From NCBI GenBank assembly GCA_937858235.1, contig CALLZZ010000575.1, forward strand, positions 11,268-75,267: DNA of 64,000 nt, read 5' to 3'. This document shows positions 39,076-49,073 of this stretch, in pieces. The stretch is from an uncultured Clostridia bacterium. Its GTDB lineage: Bacteria > Bacillota > Clostridia > Oscillospirales > Oscillospiraceae. Each line of letters begins with the position of its first letter. Within the stretch, counting starts at the first letter, position 1. The notes under the pieces are model-generated. The model saw only the letters and a list, made by a program, of their open reading frames with translations, was not told the origin of the DNA and searched no databases. Position numbers and translations under genes: made by a program.

Positions 39076-39890
39076 TGCTGAACTTCAAGAAAAAGAGCAT
39101 TTTCACCCGCCAGCCTGCGGGAGACAATGCCCAGCCGGAGCAGGAACCCCAAAGCGGCATCCTTGCCGTTTGGGGTTCTCCGGGCAGCGGCAAGACGATT
39201 ACGGCCGTAAAGATTGCAAAGCATCTTGCCGACAGAAAGAAAAATGTGGTGCTTCTCTTGTGCGATATGACCGCACCCATGCTGCCCTGCATCTGTCCGT
39301 CTTCGGAGCTTGACGGTGAACATTCGCTGGGCAGTATTCTTGCCGCCACCCATGTGACGGAAGCCCTCATTAAGCATAATCTGGTGACGCTGAAGAAGAA
39401 CAGCTTTCTCACCATCCTCGGCATGAAAAAGGGCGAGAACGAGTATACCTACCCGCCCTATGAGCAGATACAGGTACAGGAGCTGATGGATGGGCTGCGA
39501 AAAATCGCCCCCTTCGTGGTAGTGGACTGTGGCAGCTATATCGCCAACGACATCCTCTCCGCTGTGGCGCTCATGGAGGCTGACAGCGTTTTACGTCTTG
39601 CGTGTGCAGATCTTAAATCGGTGAGCTATCTATCCAGTCAGCTACCTCTGCTTCGGGATTCCAAGTGGGATGCGGATAAGCAGTACAAGGTTGCCAGCAA
39701 CGTAAAGCCCCATCAGGTCGGGGAACAGATCGGGCAGGCGCTGGGTTCGGTGGCCTTTACCTTGACCCATTCACAGGAGCTGGAGGAACAGTATCTGGCA
39801 GGGAATCTGCTTGCGGATTTGTCCCTCAAGGATAGCCGCTTGTTCCGCAGGGAAATTGAAAAAATTGCAAAGGAGGTGTTTGGATGTTAG
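39075..39890 (+). CDS. ParA/MinD-like ATPase (TadZ/CpaE-like)
   Basis: GSPGSGKT, VVVDCG. Confidence 0.75.
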   Translation: MLNFKKKSIFTRQPAGDNAQPEQEPQSGILAVWGSPGSGKTITAVKIAKHLADRKKNVVLLLCDMTAPMLPCICPSSELDGEHSLGSILAATHVTEALIKHNLVTLKKNSFLTILGMKKGENEYTYPPYEQIQVQELMDGLRKIAPFVVVDCGSYIANDILSAVALMEADSVLRLACADLKSVSYLSSQLPLLRDSKWDADKQYKVASNVKPHQVGEQIGQALGSVAFTLTHSQELEEQYLAGNLLADLSLKDSRLFRREIEKIAKEVFGC

Positions 39891-41416
39891 ACAAAAAGAG
39901 AAGTATTTTCTCATTTTTCAGACGGAAAAATACGCCGCGGGCTGAACAGGAACAGAAAAAACCAGAACAGAACCAGCCGACCATACCACCGGCGGCAGCT
40001 CCCGCTTTGAGCAATACCATGGAGCAAGAGTCTTCGGTGAATCGCCCGGTGGATTTTACAGGGGCAAACCGCGCCCATAGGCTATTCTTCACACCAGAAG
40101 CCGAGGGCAAGGATTTCTCCTCGGTTCTTGCCGATGTGCAGGGGTATATCTCCGAGCATTACAGCACACTTCTCACCGCAGGCGGCGAAAATGCTAAATC
40201 ACATCTCAAACGCTACATCACAAAGTATGTCCAGGACCATCGCATCTCGGTAAACGGTATGAGCGGTGAAAAGCTCACTGATGCCCTTTACACTGAAATG
40301 GCGGAGTTCGGGTTTCTGACTAAATACATTTTTGGCACCGGCATTGAGGAAATCGACATCAACTCGTGGCGGGATATTGAGGTGCAATATTCGGACGGCC
40401 GCACGGTCAAGCTGAATGAACGCTTTGAAAGCCCCCAGCACGCCGTCAATGTGATCCGCAGGATGCTTCATATCAGCGGCATGGTCTTAGACAACGCCAG
40501 CCCCATCGTGCTGGGGCATCTTTCTAAAAACATCCGAATTGCCGTACTCAAAAGCCCCATTGTGGATGAGGATGTGGGCGTGGCGGCCTCCATCCGTATC
40601 GTCAACCCCCAGAGCATGAAAAAAGAGGACTTTGTCAAAAGCGGTACGGCGACTGACCCCATGCTGGATTTTTTGTCACTCTGCATCCGCTACGGCATAT
40701 CTGTTTGTGTGGCCGGAGCCACCAGCTCCGGGAAAACCACCGTGGCAGGCTGGGTGCTGACTACTGTCCCGGATAACAAGAGAATCTACACCATCGAAAA
40801 CGGCTCCCGTGAGCTGGCTCTCGTCAGAGAAAAGGATGGGAAGGTGGTCAATTCGGTCATTCATACCCTGACCCGCGACAGCGACAACGAGCGCCAGCGC
40901 ATTGACCAGACCAACCTTTTAGACTATGCGCTCCGTTTTAATCCGGATATCATCGTGGTGGGCGAAATGCGCGGTGCGGAGGCCAACGCCGCTCAGGAAG
41001 CTGCCCGAACCGGTGTGGCGGTGCTGACCACCATCCACTCCAACTCCTGTGAAGCAACCTACCGCCGCATGGTGTCCCTCTGCAAACGTGCGGTGGATAT
41101 GTCCGATCAAACTCTTATGGACTATGTCACCGAAGCCTATCCCATCGTGGTGTTCTGCAAGCAATTGGAGAATAAACAACGCCGCATGATGGAAATTCAA
41201 GAATGCGAAATCCTCCCGGACGGCACAAGACGCTACCGTCCACTCTATCAGTATGTCATCACCGAAAACCGTATGGAGGACGGCAATTTTATTATTGAAG
41301 GACATCATGAGCAAGTCAACACTATATCGGATAGCCTTGCCAAGCGGCTGCTGGAAAACGGAATGCCCCAGGCGGTCATCGAGAGTTTGCGAGAAAAGGA
41401 GGCACAAAGCGTATGA
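39884..41416 (+). CDS. cpaF: Tad secretion ATPase CpaF/TadA
   Basis: GATSSGKT, LRFNPDIIVVGEMRG, TTIHSN. Confidence 0.9.
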   Translation: MLDKKRSIFSFFRRKNTPRAEQEQKKPEQNQPTIPPAAAPALSNTMEQESSVNRPVDFTGANRAHRLFFTPEAEGKDFSSVLADVQGYISEHYSTLLTAGGENAKSHLKRYITKYVQDHRISVNGMSGEKLTDALYTEMAEFGFLTKYIFGTGIEEIDINSWRDIEVQYSDGRTVKLNERFESPQHAVNVIRRMLHISGMVLDNASPIVLGHLSKNIRIAVLKSPIVDEDVGVAASIRIVNPQSMKKEDFVKSGTATDPMLDFLSLCIRYGISVCVAGATSSGKTTVAGWVLTTVPDNKRIYTIENGSRELALVREKDGKVVNSVIHTLTRDSDNERQRIDQTNLLDYALRFNPDIIVVGEMRGAEANAAQEAARTGVAVLTTIHSNSCEATYRRMVSLCKRAVDMSDQTLMDYVTEAYPIVVFCKQLENKQRRMMEIQECEILPDGTRRYRPLYQYVITENRMEDGNFIIEGHHEQVNTISDSLAKRLLENGMPQAVIESLREKEAQSV

Positions 41417-42342
41417 CAACGATACTTTTAATCGCCTGCATCGGAATGATTGCAGGTTCTTTTATTTTGCTCGGCCTCACACCCATGGAGTTTACGACCG
41501 CCGTATTCGAGAGATTCACCGACAGACCACGCTCCCTCCGTGATGAGGTGGGTGAGTTCACCCGCAGGAAAAAGAAGTCCTATCTGCGCCGTGAAATTGC
41601 CGAGGTCAGGTCCATCCTCAAGGTCACCGGCAGGACGGCACGCTTTCCCATACTCTGCGCCTTGTCTTTGCTATGCTTTGCCGTGGGTGCATCCATCGCC
41701 ATCATGCTCTCGAACTTTTTTCTTGTTCCTGTCATGGCGGCGGGCTGTATGTTCCTGCCCTTCTGGTGGGTAAAGCTCACAGCCAGCCACTTCAAGCGGG
41801 ATATTGCGGCGGAGCTTGAAACGGCGCTTAGTATCATCACCACGTCCTACCTCAGAAATGAGGAAATCCTGACGGCGGTGGAGGAAAACATTCCATACCT
41901 GAACCCGCCTGTGCTGTCGGTGTTCAAGGGATTTGTGTCTCGCGTCAAGCTGGTTGACCCCGATGTGACGGCGGCACTATATGATGTGAAAGAGCGAATT
42001 GACAACGCCGTATATGCCGAATGGTGCGATGCCCTTATTGCCTGCCAGCACGACCGCAGCCTCAAGACCACCCTGACCCCCATCGTCAGCAAGCTGTCTG
42101 ATATGCGGGTGGTCAACGGTGAACTGGAAAATATGGTCTTTGAGCCGAGAAAGGAATTCATCATCATGCAGATTCTGGTGGTGGGGAATATCCCGCTCAT
42201 GTATTTTTTGAACCCGGACTGGTACCATACGCTGATGCACACACCGCTGGGGCAGATTATCCTGACCATCTGCGCCGCCGTGATTTTCATTTCCACGGCG
42301 TTTGTCATCAAGCTCACCCAGCCCATTGAATATCGAAGATAG
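41413..42342 (+). CDS. tadB: TadB-like platform protein
   Basis: T2SS-F topology after cpaF. Confidence 0.75.
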   Translation: MTTILLIACIGMIAGSFILLGLTPMEFTTAVFERFTDRPRSLRDEVGEFTRRKKKSYLRREIAEVRSILKVTGRTARFPILCALSLLCFAVGASIAIMLSNFFLVPVMAAGCMFLPFWWVKLTASHFKRDIAAELETALSIITTSYLRNEEILTAVEENIPYLNPPVLSVFKGFVSRVKLVDPDVTAALYDVKERIDNAVYAEWCDALIACQHDRSLKTTLTPIVSKLSDMRVVNGELENMVFEPRKEFIIMQILVVGNIPLMYFLNPDWYHTLMHTPLGQIILTICAAVIFISTAFVIKLTQPIEYRR

Positions 42343-42352
42343 GAGGACACTC

Positions 42353-43225
42353 ATGACAATCTATATTATTTTATTCGGAGTCCTCCTATGGGCGGGACTT
42401 TTTTTCATTGCCGCCGATCTGCTGCGGCTGCCCACATTGGCCACTCAAAAGGCGATGCTGTCGGCGGGAAAGCAGACCAGAGCAAAACCCAAAACCATCG
42501 ATGCGCTGCTGCGAAATGCCGCCGTCCGGCTCTCCCATTACATCCGTATGGATGAGTATAAAAGAAGCCGGATGGCAAATGTACTGTCGGCGGCGGGGCT
42601 CTCTGACTCGCCGGAGCTGTTCACGGCAATGGCAATCGTCAAGGCGATGAGCATTGCGCTTTGCATCATTCCCTGCCTGATTATCCTGCCCCTGCTGGCA
42701 CCCATTGTACTGTTCACCGCCATACTGGTCTATTTCAAGGAAATTCGCAAGGCGGATGAGGCTCTGGCGGCCAAGCGAGGTAAAATCGAACAGGAGTTGC
42801 CCCGCTTCGTGGCGACCATCACCCAGGAGCTGAAGGCCAGCCGAGATGTATTGTCCATGTTGGAGAATTTCAAGAGAAATGCGGGCGAGGACTTTGCCGC
42901 AGAGCTTGATATCCTCACGGCGGATATGCGCTCCTCCAGCTACGAAGCCGCACTGACCCGTTTTGAGGCACGGTTTAATTCCCCCATGCTCTCGGATATC
43001 ACAAGGGGGCTGATCGGCGTACTGCGCGGAGATGACAGTGGGATTTATTTTCAGATGCTCTCTCACGATATGAAACAACTGGAACTTCAGCGGCTAAAAT
43101 CTCAGGCTATGAAAATACCGCCGAAAATCCGCGTGTTCTCCTTTGCCATGCTTATGTGCTTTCTTATGACCTATATGGCAATCATTGTCTATGAAATCAT
43201 CACATCCCTCGGCGGGATGTTTTAG
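42353..43225 (+). CDS. tadC: TadC-like platform protein
   Basis: IEQELPRF, EAAL..R; SD AGGAGG. Confidence 0.75.
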   Translation: MTIYIILFGVLLWAGLFFIAADLLRLPTLATQKAMLSAGKQTRAKPKTIDALLRNAAVRLSHYIRMDEYKRSRMANVLSAAGLSDSPELFTAMAIVKAMSIALCIIPCLIILPLLAPIVLFTAILVYFKEIRKADEALAAKRGKIEQELPRFVATITQELKASRDVLSMLENFKRNAGEDFAAELDILTADMRSSSYEAALTRFEARFNSPMLSDITRGLIGVLRGDDSGIYFQMLSHDMKQLELQRLKSQAMKIPPKIRVFSFAMLMCFLMTYMAIIVYEIITSLGGMF

Positions 43226-43237
43226 GGAGGGGTGGGC

Positions 43238-43633
43238 ATGAAGAAAATACTGAAATCTGAGCGTGGCGAGGGGTACATTGATGTGGCGGTGCTGGTGCTT
43301 TGCGCTATGCTGGTCATTGCCCTTGCCGTGAAGGTGTTCCCCGTATACATCCAGAAGCAGCAGCTCGACACCTTTGCCACAGAGCTCATGCGGGAAGCGG
43401 AGATTTCCGGACAAGTAGGCAGTGAAACCAGCCGCCGTGAGCAGTTTCTGCAAGAAAAGACCGGACTAAGCCCTACGGTGACATGGTCAAAAACCGGTAA
43501 GATTCAGCTTAACCAGGAAATCACGGTGACGGTCACCTACCAGACCAACCTTGGGCTGTTCGGCGGATTCGGCTCCTTCCCAATTACGCTGAGAGCGGAT
43601 GCGGCTGGAAAATCGGAAGTCTATTGGAAGTAG
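43238..43633 (+). CDS. TadE-like pseudopilin (DUF4320-like)
   Basis: ERG|EGYIDVA + TM. Confidence 0.7.
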   Translation: MKKILKSERGEGYIDVAVLVLCAMLVIALAVKVFPVYIQKQQLDTFATELMREAEISGQVGSETSRREQFLQEKTGLSPTVTWSKTGKIQLNQEITVTVTYQTNLGLFGGFGSFPITLRADAAGKSEVYWK

Positions 43634-43641
43634 GTGATGAG

Positions 43642-44187
43642 ATGAAAAAAATCAAGGGTATCCTCGAGAACAAAAGCGGTGCGGGCTTTCCCCTCATCAT
43701 CGCCGTCACCCTGTCGCTGGTGATTATCTTTACCGGCATTTCGGAATACTTCCGGCTTATGATCGTTGCGCAGGGTGTGCGGGATGCAGTGCAGGCTGCC
43801 GTTATTTCTACCGTCAACGACAACTATGACGAGGTGTATCACGGTGTGCGGGAAGGTTATAGCGGCGCCTACCAGCCCATGGCAGGCGATTTTGATGAAA
43901 GCCTTGACTATGGTGATATTTATGAAAGGCTGGATAGTATACTCGGCTTATCAGTGAGTAGCTTCTACCATGAAAAGCGTACCTCGGACGGAAAGCTGGA
44001 GTTTAAGGTGTGGGGTTTGGATGTGGATATCCGAAACGCTCCCTTTGCGTCAGGCGACCAAGCCTCCACCCGTTTTGAAGCGGACAGCACCATCATGCTG
44101 GAGGTTCCCGTATCCTTTGGAGAAAAACTGCTGCCGCCCATGCGCATCAAAGTCAAGACCGGCGCCGGATACACACCGAGATTTTAA
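43642..44187 (+). CDS. TadG/TadE-like pseudopilin
   Basis: KSG|AGFPL + TM, DAVQAAV. Confidence 0.65.
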   Translation: MKKIKGILENKSGAGFPLIIAVTLSLVIIFTGISEYFRLMIVAQGVRDAVQAAVISTVNDNYDEVYHGVREGYSGAYQPMAGDFDESLDYGDIYERLDSILGLSVSSFYHEKRTSDGKLEFKVWGLDVDIRNAPFASGDQASTRFEADSTIMLEVPVSFGEKLLPPMRIKVKTGAGYTPRF

Positions 44188-44295
44188 CCCTGCGGAAAAG
44201 CCTTTATAACTAAAGATAGACTTTTGAGGAAGTTCGTGGTAGGGTGTGACTTAAGAAGGAAACTCTCAGAAATTTACAGATAGGAGGATGCTCTT

Positions 44296-44853
44296 ATGAA
44301 AAATATAAACGATAAAACGAAAAAACGGCTGATCATAACCGGCTGTCTTGCCCTCTGTGTGGTGCTGGTGGCGCTGATTGGACAGCAGTTTCAAAGTCCA
44401 AAGCCGGGGGATAATCTGCTCCCGCCTCAAAGCTCCGGGGTGGGCGATGTGACGATAAACCCAAATGCATCAGGCAATACAGAGAACGAAAAAGAGATTA
44501 TTGTAACGCCGCCTGATACCACCCAACCCGCAAACACTGACAACGGCGCAGTTTCCAGTGGCACAGAGCAGACCATCCAGGGTGATGCAACCAAGCCGGA
44601 ATATACCGAGGAACAGCTTAAAGACCCTGTTCAGAAACCCAATGGCGAAAAAGTCACGGAACAGGATAAGCCTGTCGATCATGATAAGGTAGAACAGCCG
44701 AAAGATACACCCAAACCGCAGGAGCCATCTAAACCCATCCGCGGTGGGAACAGCATTCCCGGCTTTGATAATGTGCCAAACTTGGGTGAGAATCAAGTGA
44801 TTGAGGGAAAAAGCGATGGTGACATCAACAAGCAAGTCGGGACTATGGACTGA
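44296..44853 (+). CDS. Membrane-anchored low-complexity protein (DUF6550-like)
   Basis: N-terminal TM, Pro/Lys-rich, IPGFD..GDINKQVG. Confidence 0.7.
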   Translation: MKNINDKTKKRLIITGCLALCVVLVALIGQQFQSPKPGDNLLPPQSSGVGDVTINPNASGNTENEKEIIVTPPDTTQPANTDNGAVSSGTEQTIQGDATKPEYTEEQLKDPVQKPNGEKVTEQDKPVDHDKVEQPKDTPKPQEPSKPIRGGNSIPGFDNVPNLGENQVIEGKSDGDINKQVGTMD

Positions 44854-44929
44854 CCGCCTCAATGAATAAAACTTTAAGCACGGTTGAAAAATACCGTGCT
44901 TTTATTTTGAGAAAAAACAGGAGGGCAAA

Positions 44930-46630
44930 ATGAAAAAACTACTTTTGAGAGTCTTGCCGCTGTTCCTCATTTTTTGCCTGATCTGCCCGATGACCGCTTT
45001 TGCGGATACAGGCGGAAGCGGAAATATTGACGGTGGTGGTGGTGGCATGGGTCAAGGAACCAGCACCAATTCGTGGAGTTCTGGCAACGAAGGGGTGCGT
45101 GTCACTGTGGTTCGTGCAAGCGACCATGCGGCAGTCACCACACCTATTGATTTGAGCAATAAATCCCCGTCATCTTCAATTTATCATTTCGGTAAGGTCA
45201 GCAAAATACAGTACAACAACGGCAGAAATTTGCAAGCTGTCCAAGGCGGCTATACCACCATAAAACCACCTCAAGCCATTCCAAAAGTTATCAGTACCAA
45301 TGGTAGCAATAACATTGATGCGCTCAAAAAATACTTTTGCTCTGAGTTTTTGGTGCAGCTCATCTCAAATCATACAGGAATGGATTACGATGTTCTGATT
45401 GGTGGTGAGTACAAGTTGCTCCTTGAACCCTTTGCTTTTTATAAATTTGAGGGCAATATGTTTGCCACCACCGCTACCGAAGCGGCGCTCTATGATGAGC
45501 AGACAAGCGGCCTGTTAAGAAAGCGTATGGTGTCGCTCACCCATAAGAATCTGCCTCTTGCTATGTTTCTGGAGACAAGCGACCTTGGCTACCCCGCATG
45601 GGGGGGCAGTAAAAGCAGTGCCGCATCCAATGCGGATATCAAGTCCAGCCTTGGGCTTGGCATCGTCCGTTTTACGGAGAAGCCGGAAAAACCTCAGATT
45701 GACACCTACGATTATGAGTACCGTGTAAATACGGATGTCATTACGGCGGTCAGGATTAGCGGAGGCCAGTCTGATCCTGACAGGCCCACCCGTGTCAGCT
45801 TTAATATAGGCGGTCAAACCTATAACGTGGGCAATGTCTACTATCCGAGTGGCGACAGCCAGCTTGCATGGGTGAAATGGAAAACTCCTGATACCGAGCA
45901 GAATATAGCTATTCATGTCTCGGTATCAGGCCCCGGCAGTACGGCTAAGACCAGCCTCAATGTGAAAATCGTTGACATTAACAAGAACCCTCCGCCCAAT
46001 CCAGTAGCCGATGACCGCAACGACAGTTACCACGGCACCGCTGTACCAAGCAGAGCTGTGAAAAGCTCTGCAAGCTGGAGTGTCTGGCGGCCTTGGTGGC
46101 AGGAATATTGGGTATGGCATAGTGATTATGACGACGAGGGAAACGATAACGGATACTGGTGCGATCACGGATGGTGGGAATTTGACCTGGACCGTTACAG
46201 CGCCAGCCTTACCTCTGCTATGAGCATCAGGTGTGATGATAAAAATCCGACTGCCAGCGGGAGGACGATGAAATCAGGCTATGGCATCAACCAAACCATC
46301 ACAGGGAGCATCAGCTCCAATCAAAGCTCGGCAGTTACCCAGCCACAGAATGCGGTCAGCTATTTCCCGGAATTCGGCTACGAAACCTATTGGCGGCTCT
46401 TGGAGCGTATGGGTTCGGGGCGGTTTGAGTTTCAGATTAACCATTATTCCACCTACAAAAACCGTACCCATTTCAGCCCAATCTGGATGCCCGATGGAGC
46501 CTATATCGTCAATACATGGCTTATTGATGGATGGACTCCGGATGGAATGCTGTCAGCCAATCTTACAGACGGCTTGACCATAAGGGGCAACTTGTGGCAG
46601 GACTGGCATATCAGTCCTAAAATGCCTTAG
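44930..46630 (+). CDS. Secreted hypothetical ICE protein
   Basis: Signal peptide AFA|DTG, Gly-rich start, Trp/acidic patch. Confidence 0.75.
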   Translation: MKKLLLRVLPLFLIFCLICPMTAFADTGGSGNIDGGGGGMGQGTSTNSWSSGNEGVRVTVVRASDHAAVTTPIDLSNKSPSSSIYHFGKVSKIQYNNGRNLQAVQGGYTTIKPPQAIPKVISTNGSNNIDALKKYFCSEFLVQLISNHTGMDYDVLIGGEYKLLLEPFAFYKFEGNMFATTATEAALYDEQTSGLLRKRMVSLTHKNLPLAMFLETSDLGYPAWGGSKSSAASNADIKSSLGLGIVRFTEKPEKPQIDTYDYEYRVNTDVITAVRISGGQSDPDRPTRVSFNIGGQTYNVGNVYYPSGDSQLAWVKWKTPDTEQNIAIHVSVSGPGSTAKTSLNVKIVDINKNPPPNPVADDRNDSYHGTAVPSRAVKSSASWSVWRPWWQEYWVWHSDYDDEGNDNGYWCDHGWWEFDLDRYSASLTSAMSIRCDDKNPTASGRTMKSGYGINQTITGSISSNQSSAVTQPQNAVSYFPEFGYETYWRLLERMGSGRFEFQINHYSTYKNRTHFSPIWMPDGAYIVNTWLIDGWTPDGMLSANLTDGLTIRGNLWQDWHISPKMP

Positions 46631-46704
46631 CCATAAAACAGAAAAAGAACAAGGCCACAGGAGCTATTCTGTGGCCTTGTCTCAACTTTAGAAAGGTGGT
46701 CTCT

Positions 46705-47046
46705 ATGAAAAAACAGCGAAAATTTGCGCTCATATTTTGCCTTGTTTTGCTGATCGCGCTTGCGTTTGGAACGACTGCATACGCCGCTCCCACCGGCGAT
46801 GTGGCCGGGGCGATTGAGGACACTTGGCGAGATGCCTCGGGGCAGATCAAGACCGTTGTCAATAAGGTGGTGTTCCCCGCCATTGACCTGATTCTTGCGG
46901 TATTCTTCTTTGCCAAACTTGGGCTCGCTTATTTTGATTATCGCAAACATGGGCAGTTCGAATGGGCGGCGCCGGCAATCCTGTTCGCTTGCTTGGTGTT
47001 TACACTGACAGCGCCGCTTTATATCTGGCAGATACTCGGAATATAA
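46705..47046 (+). CDS. VirB2/TrbC-like membrane protein (DUF3852-like)
   Basis: Signal AYA|A plus two TMs; position upstream of VirB6-like gene. Confidence 0.6.
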   Translation: MKKQRKFALIFCLVLLIALAFGTTAYAAPTGDVAGAIEDTWRDASGQIKTVVNKVVFPAIDLILAVFFFAKLGLAYFDYRKHGQFEWAAPAILFACLVFTLTAPLYIWQILGI

Positions 47047-47069
47047 GAGATAGTTGCGTTTACATCAGA

Positions 47070-47107
47070 AAAACAAGGAGAGCGGCACGAGTCGCTCTCC
47101 TTGTTTT
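47070..47107. terminator. Bidirectional terminator
   Basis: AAAACAAGGAGAGCGGC/GTCGCTCTCCTTGTTTT. Confidence 0.8.
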
Positions 47108-47120
47108 CCTAAAATGATTT

Positions 47121-47288
47121 CTATTCTTTCTCCTTTTCCGACTCCAGCTCTTTCCCAAGCTCAAGCACAACGCCGTCGTCACCAGAGATAAAAAGTTCCT
47201 CTGTTTTTTGCTGCGCACGCTGAAGCAACGAAATGGCATCCGTCACATCGTTGAACAGCAAATCATACATTTTTCTGTAATCTGCCAC
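47121..47288 (-). CDS. 55-aa counter-oriented small protein (not in ORF track)
   Basis: SD AGGAGG 8 nt before GTG; MADYRKMYDLLFNDVTDAISLLQRAQQKTEELFIS...; TTGACA-17-TTCAAT at 47362-47334. Confidence 0.75.
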   Translation of the reverse strand: MADYRKMYDLLFNDVTDAISLLQRAQQKTEELFISGDDGVVLELGKELESEKEKE

Positions 47289-47448
47289 GTAATTGACCTC
47301 CTAAAATTATTTCGGTGGCCACCGTTGTGTGGTATTGAAACTCTGAAGGAGCTGATTGTCAAGTTGTTTTTGAACTATTATCAAGTATTACTCACTGCTC
47401 GAAATCTGTAAACGAGATTTTTTACATGTTAAGGGAGGTGAATATCAA

Positions 47449-48351
47449 ATGTTTATATGGGATTTTGTCCTTGGAACCGTGATGGATCAGATCATCGAAT
47501 GGCTCTATGGACAGGTGGTCGGCTTCCTTGCCGACTTTTTTGCACAGATGGGAAACATGGGCGTGGAGCTGTTTGAAATGAATTGGGTAAAGTCCATCGT
47601 CCTGTTTTTTTCTTATCTGGCTTGGGCGCTGTATGGGACCGGCCTTGTAGTCTCGGTATTTGAAACCGGCATTGAGTACCAGCATGGCCGGGGCAGCGTG
47701 AAGGATGCCACCTTAAATGCCCTCAAAGGCTTTATGGCGGTGTCCCTTTTTACAATCCTGCCGGTGGAGCTGTTCAAGCTCTCGGTCAATCTCCAGAGCA
47801 GCATCACGGCGGGAATCACCGGCTATGGAAGCAGCTTTGGTGACCTTGCAGGAAATATCATTGCCGAGCTTGGCAGCTCGCCGGATGTCGGCGGTGCCAT
47901 GGGCTCCGGCGTCTTTGGAGGTCTGGCAGTCATTACAAGCCCCATCTTGATGCTCTTTATCATAATCATGATGGGCTATGCAGTCATTAAAGTGTTCTTT
48001 GCCAACCTGAAGCGGGGTGGCATTTTGCTGATACAGATTGCCGTGGGCAGCCTGTATATGTTCTCCGTTCCTCGCGGATATCTGGATGGATTTACGCAGT
48101 GGTGCAAGCAGATCATTGGCCTGTGCCTCACCACTTTTTTGCAGGCCACCATCCTCGCCGCAGGGCTTATGGTGTTGCGAACCCATGCCCTGCTGGGGCT
48201 TGGGCTGATGCTGTCAGCCGGAGAAGTGCCGAGGATTGCCGGAGCCTTTGGCTTGGACACCAGTACAAGAGCAAATTTGATGTCCGCTGTTTATACCGCA
48301 CAGGCGGCTGTCAGTACCACCCGCACCATCGTGCAGGCGGTGGCAAAATAA
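47449..48351 (+). CDS. VirB6/TrbL-like polytopic protein (DUF6045-like)
   Basis: Multi-TM, LKRGGILLIQIAVG, WCKQ; T4SS context. Confidence 0.75.
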   Translation: MFIWDFVLGTVMDQIIEWLYGQVVGFLADFFAQMGNMGVELFEMNWVKSIVLFFSYLAWALYGTGLVVSVFETGIEYQHGRGSVKDATLNALKGFMAVSLFTILPVELFKLSVNLQSSITAGITGYGSSFGDLAGNIIAELGSSPDVGGAMGSGVFGGLAVITSPILMLFIIIMMGYAVIKVFFANLKRGGILLIQIAVGSLYMFSVPRGYLDGFTQWCKQIIGLCLTTFLQATILAAGLMVLRTHALLGLGLMLSAGEVPRIAGAFGLDTSTRANLMSAVYTAQAAVSTTRTIVQAVAK

Positions 48352-48370
48352 CTAAGAAAGGAAAAAGCAT

Positions 48371-48754
48371 ATGAAGATAATCTATGTGGCGTCCCCCTAT
48401 GCCGGGGACATCCAAAAGAATACCGAGTTTGCCAAGAGAGCGTGCCGCCATGTTATGAACGAGGGGCACGCTTTTTTTGCGCCCCATTTGCTGTATCCGC
48501 AGCTCCTCAACGACGCCAACCCCCATGAGCGGCAGACCGGACTTGACATGGGCATTGCCATGCTATCCCGCTGCGATGAGCTGTGGTGCTATGGCGACCG
48601 GATCTCACCGGGGATGCGCCTTGAAATTGAGGAAGCAGCCAGACTCGGAATCCTGGTTCACCGGGTAATGGAACAGAAAAACGGCTTTACCGTAGGCAAA
48701 GTAAAATACAGCGCACCGGCCGAGGCTCCTTCATTGGCAATGGGTATGGTCTGA
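48371..48754 (+). CDS. DUF4406/DUF7768-like (nucleoside deoxyribosyltransferase-like fold) protein
   Basis: IYVASPYAGD, APHLLYPQ, RCDELW, S.GM..EI. Confidence 0.75.
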   Translation: MKIIYVASPYAGDIQKNTEFAKRACRHVMNEGHAFFAPHLLYPQLLNDANPHERQTGLDMGIAMLSRCDELWCYGDRISPGMRLEIEEAARLGILVHRVMEQKNGFTVGKVKYSAPAEAPSLAMGMV

Positions 48755-48976
48755 TGATGACGATGGGGAGCCTCTTTGATGGGATTGGAGGCTTCCCGCT
48801 TGCTGCTGTCCGTAACGGAATCACTCCTGTATGGGCAAGCGAAATCGAAGCCTTTCCCATCGAAGTGACGAAAATACGATTCCCCGAAATGCTCCATGTC
48901 GGGGATATTATAAAGCTGGATGGAGCAACCCTGCCGCCCGTGGATGTTATTACGGGCGGCTCGCCCTGTCAGGATT
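48754..48976 (+). pseudogene. dcm: C5-cytosine methyltransferase, 5' part (motifs I-IV), interrupted by RIT element
   Basis: SLFDGIGGF, SEIE, GDI, TGGSPCQD. Confidence 0.92.
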
Positions 48977-49073
48977 ATGCCGAGGAAATAGTTATCCCGA
49001 AGTTTAAGCCACAGCCCTTGTAAATAAAGGGATTGTGGTCAAAAAATTCGGGATAACAATATTGGGTATTTCA

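Noticed and set aside
48754-49023. Standalone 89-aa MTase
   Set aside because: 5' dcm fragment reading into the RIT inverted repeat
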